Below are positions 58,510 to 64,000 of a stretch of DNA of 64,000 nucleotides, in pieces. The position numbers and the translations under genes are program-made. The notes under the pieces are model-generated. The model did not search any database, was not told the origin of the DNA, and saw nothing but the letters and a program-made list of their open reading frames with translations. The DNA comes from Candidatus Omnitrophota bacterium (GTDB lineage Bacteria; Omnitrophota; Gorgyraeia; VGKH01). The stretch spans positions 86,238 to 150,237 of the forward strand of contig JAKLEP010000003.1 of the NCBI GenBank assembly GCA_022703055.1, in the 5' to 3' direction. Each line of letters begins with the position of its first letter. Positions within the stretch are counted from its first letter, which is position 1.

Positions 58510-58651
58510 ACAAAGTCAACACCGGATTTTTATCATCCACTCACCTACCAGACGCACCTCCTTTTTTTGTTCCCCTCCCTGGAAGGATAAGCAAACGAAC
58601 CTTCCAGAGAGGACGCTGCTAGCGGCTCATGTTAAATCATAAGCCACGGAT

Positions 58652-59038
58652 CTAGCAACAGCAACAGCTACTTTCTTTTGCCTTAGAATCCTCTTTTGTG
58701 TCTTCTTTGTGCAGGCTGCCCTCCAGGGGATAACCCGCCTCTTTGTAATCCTCCAAGCCGCCCTTGTAATCAAGGACCCTCTTAAAGCCAAGAGCCAACA
58801 ATTTCTCTGCCGCCTTCGTACTGGCCTGACATTCAAAGCTGGCGCAATAAGTCACCAACTTATCGCTCTTTTTGAACATCGCCTTAGCCGTTTGGTCTAT
58901 CTCATCCACCGGTAGAGAAATCGAGCCTTTGATATGCTCTTGATCATAAGACTCATGGCTTAGGACATCAATCAGCTTAAAAGGTTTCTTCGAAGACATC
59001 AATCTTACCAAATCGTCTCTAGTAATCTTTTTAATCAT
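58652..59038 (-). CDS. Rhodanese-domain protein with a C-terminal tetra-cysteine tail
   Basis: Active-site-loop region VTYCASFECQAS and GFKRVLDYKGGLEDYKEAGYPLEG. The protein ends in KESSCCCC. AAGGAGG SD. 128 aa. Confidence 0.8.
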   Translation of the reverse strand: MIKKITRDDLVRLMSSKKPFKLIDVLSHESYDQEHIKGSISLPVDEIDQTAKAMFKKSDKLVTYCASFECQASTKAAEKLLALGFKRVLDYKGGLEDYKEAGYPLEGSLHKEDTKEDSKAKESSCCCC

Positions 59039-59080
59039 TGTAGCCTCCTTTAGTTAACTCACCTATTCGCTCGCAGCCTA

Positions 59081-59106
59081 CAGGCAATCATTTTCTTGAT
59101 TGCCTG
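59081..59106. promoter_or_regulatory. Perfect 10-6-10 inverted repeat CAGGCAATCA-N6-TGATTGCCTG (operator or RNA hairpin) between the small ORF and the rhodanese gene
   Basis: Read directly from the sequence. It overlaps the small-ORF stop codon and sits about 45-65 nt upstream of the rhodanese ATG. No U tract follows it. Confidence 0.4.
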
Positions 59107-59237
59107 CCTCTCCGCGTGCTGGCTGAATCACAACAAATCAAGGTTGGAAACGCTACACCGAACTGCGAGTAAATGGGGTCAAAACACACTGAACAAACTT
59201 GCGATCTTTGCCTTCTAATCATTCTTCTAGTCTTCAT
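59088..59237 (-). CDS. Unannotated 49-aa basic, Cys-containing small ORF
   Basis: AAAGGAGGGCAAA-ATG provides a strong SD with 5-nt spacing. Translation is MKTRRMIRRQRSQVCSVCFDPIYSQFGVAFPTLICCDSASTRRGRQSRK. It falls below the 60-aa cut-off of the ORF track. Confidence 0.4.
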   Translation of the reverse strand: MKTRRMIRRQRSQVCSVCFDPIYSQFGVAFPTLICCDSASTRRGRQSRK

Positions 59238-59342
59238 TTTGCCCTCCTTTTTTCTTCCAAACTTTAGATGCTGTCATTATCCAAAAGTTTCATTTATTTT
59301 GGGGCAAAATTTTAGAGCTACTTGGGGGGGGCTAAAAAGGGG

Positions 59343-60152
59343 CTATTTTTGGCGTAAAAACTCGAAAAACAGGGAATCAATCTTCTGGTGCAGATCATCG
59401 GGGATATCCTGGCACTGCAGGGCATTGGTGATTTCTATCGCCTTATCATAAGTATGCAAAAAGGCGCTGCATTTAGGGCAATCCTTGATGTGGCTATCGA
59501 AATAATCGGCCTTTTCCTTATCTAAGTGGCCGCGGGCATAATCATAGACAAAACCGGTAAGCTCCTGGCAGTGGTTGGAGGGCTTATGGAGCTTTTCTTC
59601 CTTGTCCTTGTAATAATCGATAATATGGGATTTAATCATCAGAATTGAGCGATGAATCCTGGTCTTCAGTGAATTAAGCTTCAAATCCAGGATTTCTGCC
59701 ACTTCTTCCAGCGGCATGCCTTCGATAAAATGCAGCAAAAGCGGCATGCGGTACTGGATGGGCATTTCGCTGATGGTATCATCCAGGCGAGCCTTAAACT
59801 CCTCATCCAGAAGATGCTTATCGCCTCTCTCCGGCCAGTTCACGTAAAGGCCCACGCGCCGGTCCTTGGTTGAGCGCCTAAGGCTGTTGGCGATATTAAA
59901 CTGGCTGTATCTTTTCCTTAATAGCATCAGCGCCTCGTTGTAGGCGATTTTGTAAATCCAGGTGGAAAGCTTGGATTGCTGGCGGAAACTATCCAGGTTA
60001 TTCATTATCTTGATGATGGTATTCTGGGTGATGTCTTCGGCGTCGCGGTCATTGCCGGATAGCCCCAAGGCCAGGCGGTAGATTTTACCTTTGTATTGCT
60101 TGTAGATTTCCTCGATATTTTCCTTGGTGGGCATGGCTTTATTATTACACAA
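59343..60152 (-). CDS. ECF-type sigma-70 factor fused to a C-terminal zinc-finger anti-sigma (ZAS, zf-HC2) domain
   Basis: Region 2 is DAEDITQNTIIKIM...WIYKIAYNEALMLLRK. Region 4 is LEEVAEILDLKLNSLKTRIHRS. These are followed by CQELTGFVYDYARGHLDKEKADYFDSHIKDCPKC (C...HxxxCxxC). No TM segment is present. An alternative start MPTKEN lies at 60134. Confidence 0.8.
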   Translation of the reverse strand: MCNNKAMPTKENIEEIYKQYKGKIYRLALGLSGNDRDAEDITQNTIIKIMNNLDSFRQQSKLSTWIYKIAYNEALMLLRKRYSQFNIANSLRRSTKDRRVGLYVNWPERGDKHLLDEEFKARLDDTISEMPIQYRMPLLLHFIEGMPLEEVAEILDLKLNSLKTRIHRSILMIKSHIIDYYKDKEEKLHKPSNHCQELTGFVYDYARGHLDKEKADYFDSHIKDCPKCSAFLHTYDKAIEITNALQCQDIPDDLHQKIDSLFFEFLRQK

Positions 60153-62106
60153 TTAACTGCTTAAGTAAATCCTCGATTTTGGCGTCGATTTCCTTGATCT
60201 GGCTTTGGATTTCCTCAAGCTTTAATTCGTAGCCTTTGATCATTTCTTCGTCGCGGTATTTGTGGGGATTGTCGATTGCCTTCTGCATGACTGAAGCTTC
60301 AAGCGACAGTGATTCTTTTTGCCGTTTGAGTTTATTGATTTTATTGCCCAGCGAAGTATTAAAGGCCTTTTTCTTCTTTTTATCCTCTTTGCGCGAGCGC
60401 TCCTTATCACGCTTTAGCCTTTCAGCGTGGGAGATTTTTGGCTCGGCATCTCCTGATTCTTCGGATTCTTCCAATTCTTCATCCGAGATAATTTGCGGCT
60501 TTCTTATGGGAAGTGTGGCGCGGTTTTTATTTTCCAGGTAATAATCGAAACTGCCCGGGAATTCGCGGATCCGTCCGTCTTTGACTTCAAAGACGCAATT
60601 TGCCAAGGCTTGCACAAAATAAATGTCATGGCTGATAAAGACGATTGTGCCTTCGTAGGATTTCAGCGCGCGCACCAGCGCCTCCACCGCGTCCACGTCT
60701 AAATGCGTGGTGGGCTCATCAAGGCAAAGGAAATTCGGCGGATTAATCAGAAGTTTGGCAAGAATCAGACGGCTCTTTTCACCGCCGGATAGAATCTTGA
60801 CTTTTTTATCTACGTCGTCTCCGGTAAAAAAGAATGCAGCTAAAATCGTGCGCACGGTTTCTTCCGGCTTAAAACCCACCGCTGCCGAATATGCTTCTTC
60901 CAGAACTGTGCGATTTTCATTCAGGACATCCATGCGGGTCTGGGAAAAATAGCCGATTTTTACATTGTGGCCGACAGTCCGGCTGCCACTGTCTATTTCT
61001 AAGGCGCCGGCAAGCAATTTCAAAAGAGTTGACTTGCCGGCGCCATTCTCTCCTGCTAAAACTGCTTTTTTGCCTTGGGTAATCTCAAAATCCAAATCTG
61101 CATAAACCTGCACGCCAGGATAGGACTTCGCCACCTTCTCAAACTTTATCACCCGGTAGCCGCTGCGTTTGGTGGGAGGAAATTTAAAAGTGCGGATGCT
61201 TTCCCGGTAATCCTGGGGCACATCAATTTCGTTCTCCGCCATTTTCTCCAGCACGCGTTTTTTGGCACGCACCTGGGCGGCCTTGTTGGGCTGGGCGTGA
61301 AAGCGCTGGACGAATTTGGTCAACTGCTCAGTCTTTTTCTCCTGCTCCTTGAATTGCTTTAAAAGAAAGACGCGCCTTTCTTCCTTAATCTGCTCGTAAT
61401 GTTTGTAATCGCCGGAGACTTTATGAATCTCGCCGTTTTCCAACACCAGAGTTTGATTAGTGACTTCGGTCAGAAAGGCCTTATCGTGGGAAATCATCAC
61501 AAAAGTGCCTTTGAATTTATTCAGATAATCCTTAAGCCACAATGCCGCGTTTAAATCCAGATAATTAGTAGGTTCGTCAAGTAGCAGTAAATCATAATGA
61601 AAGGTCAATAGCTTGGCAAGGAGTGTCCTCATCTGCCATCCGCCGCTTAAATGCTGGATGGGACGATTAAAGTCTGTCTCTTTGAATCCCAAGCCCATTA
61701 AAATCTTTTTGGCTTTATGCTCGATGTCAAAGAATCCCAAGGTTTCTAAATTATGCAGGATATCTCCGTAGCGCATTGAGCCGGCTTCGTTTTTATTTTC
61801 CAGCTCTTCTTTTTCTTTCTTTAATGCCTCAATCCGGCTGTCGCCGCTGGTGAGTTCCTCTAAAACCGTACGCTCTGATGAAAATCCCGATTCCTGGGGC
61901 AAATATCCGATACTTATTCCTTTTAAGACCTCAACGCTGCCGCCAGACGGGCTAATCTCGCCTAATATAAAGGAAAAGAGCGTACTTTTTCCCGCGCCAT
62001 TTGGCCCGACCAAGCCAATCTTCTCTCCGCGGTTAATGCTCAAATTCACATTCTCGAAGAGTGTCTTCGCGCCATAGGTTTTACTAAGGTTTTGGATTAT
62101 AACCAT
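60145..62106 (-). CDS. ABC-F family ATPase (two ABC domains, no TMD; translation-factor type) with a Lys-rich C-terminal coiled coil
   Basis: GPNGAGKST and GENGAGKST Walker A motifs, LSGGWQMR and LSGGEKSR signatures, and an inter-domain linker; 653 aa. Confidence 0.9.
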   Translation of the reverse strand: MVIIQNLSKTYGAKTLFENVNLSINRGEKIGLVGPNGAGKSTLFSFILGEISPSGGSVEVLKGISIGYLPQESGFSSERTVLEELTSGDSRIEALKKEKEELENKNEAGSMRYGDILHNLETLGFFDIEHKAKKILMGLGFKETDFNRPIQHLSGGWQMRTLLAKLLTFHYDLLLLDEPTNYLDLNAALWLKDYLNKFKGTFVMISHDKAFLTEVTNQTLVLENGEIHKVSGDYKHYEQIKEERRVFLLKQFKEQEKKTEQLTKFVQRFHAQPNKAAQVRAKKRVLEKMAENEIDVPQDYRESIRTFKFPPTKRSGYRVIKFEKVAKSYPGVQVYADLDFEITQGKKAVLAGENGAGKSTLLKLLAGALEIDSGSRTVGHNVKIGYFSQTRMDVLNENRTVLEEAYSAAVGFKPEETVRTILAAFFFTGDDVDKKVKILSGGEKSRLILAKLLINPPNFLCLDEPTTHLDVDAVEALVRALKSYEGTIVFISHDIYFVQALANCVFEVKDGRIREFPGSFDYYLENKNRATLPIRKPQIISDEELEESEESGDAEPKISHAERLKRDKERSRKEDKKKKKAFNTSLGNKINKLKRQKESLSLEASVMQKAIDNPHKYRDEEMIKGYELKLEEIQSQIKEIDAKIEDLLKQLIV

Positions 62107-62147
62107 GATTTTATTATATCAGAAAGGTAAGCATTTTGAAAGGGCAC

Positions 62148-62669
62148 TTAGGGCTTGGGTAAACCTAAGAAATCAAAAGGTATTTCATTAAAGAAATAAT
62201 AACAACCGACTGATTTCACAAATTCAAGAACGTCTTTATATTCGTTCTTGGCGAACCAATCATTTAGAACATAGACGTATTTAACGGTTATATTTAGTGG
62301 GGCGAGAAGTTTCTGGTATTGTTTGTTTTTGAAATCGCAAGTCTGAAGTTTCTCATCTACAGATCCGGAAACTTCTTGAAATTTAATCTCAACAATAAAT
62401 AGAGTATTGTTGCTAAAAATAAATATCGCGTCATCTGGAAGCAATTTTTTGGAAATAAGTTTCTTATAATCAACACCTTTGGGCTCAAGTAGATTCTTGT
62501 ATAATTTGTTTTTTGTGTAAAATCTGGCGACTTCCTGGCTTTTAAAATAAACGATGTCTCCGGAAATAGAGTATTCAGGCAATGCCTTGATAACCTCTTC
62601 TAAGGGTTTTCTTGACTCAAAATGCAATCCAGTGGCAGTATGGCTGCCTCCCTTTCCGCCCTTTTTCAT
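62148..62669 (-). CDS. PD-(D/E)XK-type nuclease candidate (putative restriction endonuclease subunit)
   Basis: LLPDDAIFIFSNNTLFIVEIKFQ gives a PD...ExK arrangement. 173 aa. It lies in an AT-rich block downstream of the methyltransferase. Confidence 0.5.
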   Translation of the reverse strand: MKKGGKGGSHTATGLHFESRKPLEEVIKALPEYSISGDIVYFKSQEVARFYTKNKLYKNLLEPKGVDYKKLISKKLLPDDAIFIFSNNTLFIVEIKFQEVSGSVDEKLQTCDFKNKQYQKLLAPLNITVKYVYVLNDWFAKNEYKDVLEFVKSVGCYYFFNEIPFDFLGLPKP

Positions 62670-62701
62670 AAAAGATCCTTTTTGTTTCTAATGAATTTTA
62701 T

Positions 62702-63256
62702 TTAAATATTTCTTATGCCTTCCATAAACATATTCCGGCCCGACCAATTCCAGTATCTTATATCTTGTTCAATAAAGAACCATTTTACGATTTTCAAGAT
62801 TAATTCATTCGATAATCCTTGGTTCAATGAAACTAAATGCTGTATATATCTAGAATATATATCATCGGGATCATTGCAATAAAAAACTTCTTCCAAAGCC
62901 TCTACTAACTTATTATACGCTTGCGCATTAAGCTGTTTTTTATTTTGTAAATCTTGCTTTATATCATCGTGCTTAGGATTATCTTTGCCATTCATAAAAA
63001 TATAATTTTCCACATGAACAATAAAATCAAACCCTTTATTCAAAGGAACTGGCCTTGTTAAATATACTTTTTCTCCAGAAGACAAAGTCTCAACAATATA
63101 TTTATATTTAGAAGTTTCTTCACCTTTTCCTCGCCCCGCGCTTTCACGTATAAAAGTATCGATAACAATTTTTCTTAAATTGTTCCTATTCTCTTCGTGG
63201 TTCTCAGATATTTCTGAAAGCTTTGCTGTCAAATTTATTGTTGGATGCAATACCAT
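62702..63256 (-). CDS. Hypothetical protein between the methyltransferase and the nuclease candidate (possible R-M component)
   Basis: 184 aa. I could assign no confident motif; the role is suggested by context only (13-nt and 32-nt gaps to its neighbours). Confidence 0.35.
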   Translation of the reverse strand: MVLHPTINLTAKLSEISENHEENRNNLRKIVIDTFIRESAGRGKGEETSKYKYIVETLSSGEKVYLTRPVPLNKGFDFIVHVENYIFMNGKDNPKHDDIKQDLQNKKQLNAQAYNKLVEALEEVFYCNDPDDIYSRYIQHLVSLNQGLSNELILKIVKWFFIEQDIRYWNWSGRNMFMEGIRNI

Positions 63257-63269
63257 AAAGGGGCTTCCT

Positions 63270-64000
63270 TTACAACTTCTCTTTAAAGGCGTCTTTTAGT
63301 CTCTTAACAGAAACTTCAAGATATTTCTTTTCAAGCTCAATACCGATATATTTTCTTCCTTGCGAAAAAGCCGAGACGCCTGTCGTGCCGCTGCCGTTAA
63401 AAGGATCAAGGACAATATCGTTTCGCTTTGTTGAGGCAAGGATAATCCTGTTTAAGAGCGCAAGCGGTTTTTGGGTGGGGTGTTTTCCGTAAATTTTCTC
63501 TCCATTTTTTGGCGGGTATATTTCCCAGAAACTCTTCATTTGTTTTCCGCCGGCCATTTCTTTCATCAATGTATAATTGAATAAATGTCGACTATGTTTA
63601 TTTTTGGCTGCCCAGATAATTGTTTCAGTTGAATGGGTAAAATAACGACAGCTTAAATTTGGCGGCGGGTTTATCTTAAACCAGGAAATATCGTTTAATA
63701 TCTTAAAACCTAATTGCTGCATAGCATAACCGACGGAAAAAATAATATGCGAAGTCCCAGAAACCCAAATTGTTCCGTCCGTAGTTAATACTCTTTGGCA
63801 GGCAGAAAGCCATTGTTTATTAAATTCGTGATTAGCCTCGGGACCTTGAGATTTATCCCATTCGCCCTTGTTTACCGAAACCATTCTGCCGGCATGACAA
63901 GTTATTCCGCCATTTGAGAGAAAATAAGGTGGATCAGCAAAAATCATATCTATGGAATTCTCGGGAATTTGAGCGAGGATATTTAAGCAATCTGCTTTGT
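63270..64000 (-). CDS. Beta-class N6-adenine (or N4-cytosine) DNA methyltransferase, DpnA/M.MboIB/HinfI-like; 5' end lies beyond the window
   Basis: Motif IV DPPY (IFADPPYFLSNGG) precedes motif I (DPFNGSGTTG), which is the beta-class order. NLSCRYFTHSTETI and GKHPTQKP are also present. The frame stays open to 64000 (...KADCLNILAQIPENSIDMIF). Confidence 0.9.
   Translation of the reverse strand, partial: KADCLNILAQIPENSIDMIFADPPYFLSNGGITCHAGRMVSVNKGEWDKSQGPEANHEFNKQWLSACQRVLTTDGTIWVSGTSHIIFSVGYAMQQLGFKILNDISWFKINPPPNLSCRYFTHSTETIIWAAKNKHSRHLFNYTLMKEMAGGKQMKSFWEIYPPKNGEKIYGKHPTQKPLALLNRIILASTKRNDIVLDPFNGSGTTGVSAFSQGRKYIGIELEKKYLEVSVKRLKDAFKEKL

Noticed and set aside
58579-58607. Perfect 8-bp hairpin considered as the rhodanese terminator
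   Set aside because: On the transcribed strand it is followed by GGAGGGGAACAAAAAAA (an A-run), not by a U tract. The T-run lies on the wrong side for either orientation.
1-64000. Alternative genetic code (UGA recoding, as in some candidate phyla)
   Set aside because: TGA serves as a genuine stop at several conserved gene ends (for example cdaA, PilZ 27703 and the small ORF). This includes ATGA coupling overlaps. All conserved proteins are full length under the standard code.

Overview
This is a 64-kb chromosomal window from a low-GC bacterium (roughly 40% GC by eye) that uses the standard genetic code. Lineage is uncertain. It has Gram-negative-type traits and corrinoid/Wood-Ljungdahl methyl-branch genes, and it could belong to an uncultured candidate phylum, but that cannot be established from this sequence alone.

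Every gene I can support, about 60 CDS and 5 tRNAs, lies on the minus strand. Spacing is tight, and many stop/start overlaps are of the ATGA type.

In the direction of transcription (high to low coordinates) the content is:
- a 5'-partial beta-class DNA methyltransferase with two small nuclease-candidate ORFs
- an ABC-F ATPase
- an ECF sigma factor fused to a zinc anti-sigma (ZAS) domain
- an unannotated 49-aa Cys-rich ORF
- a rhodanese ending in CCCC
- a 1033-aa EF-G carrying a ~333-aa N-terminal extension (TM helix, coiled coil, Pro/Glu linker)
- gatCAB, ctp, a yibQ-like gene, tsaD and mgtC
- a bactofilin-HTH fusion followed by an HTH-TM protein
- larB, an fmdE-like gene, and acsC / RACo / cooC / acsD / acsE, with no CODH/ACS subunits in the window
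- housekeeping genes (tilS, ftsH, folP, cdaA, pdxJ, acpS, nnrD, gpsA) interspersed with tRNAs and three single-domain PilZ genes
- a triplicated tRNA-Pro/GIY-YIG module
- a threonine/aspartate-family operon (hom, thrC, coaB, apgM-like proposed homoserine kinase, cstA, lysC, cimA, valS)
- a secreted Zn-phospholipase-C-like protein next to a patatin lipoprotein
- a MarR(EPS)-led CDP-dideoxyhexose cluster (gmd, rfbF, rfbG-like, SDR, ThDP enzyme, rfbH, frameshifted GT9)

The most unusual items are:
- the membrane-anchor/coiled-coil EF-G fusion
- the decaying tRNA-Pro/GIY-YIG repeat array
- the sigma-ZAS / Cys-peptide / rhodanese-CCCC cluster
- the bactofilin-HTH pair

All calls come from reading the ORF translations and the DNA by eye. 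No database searches were run.
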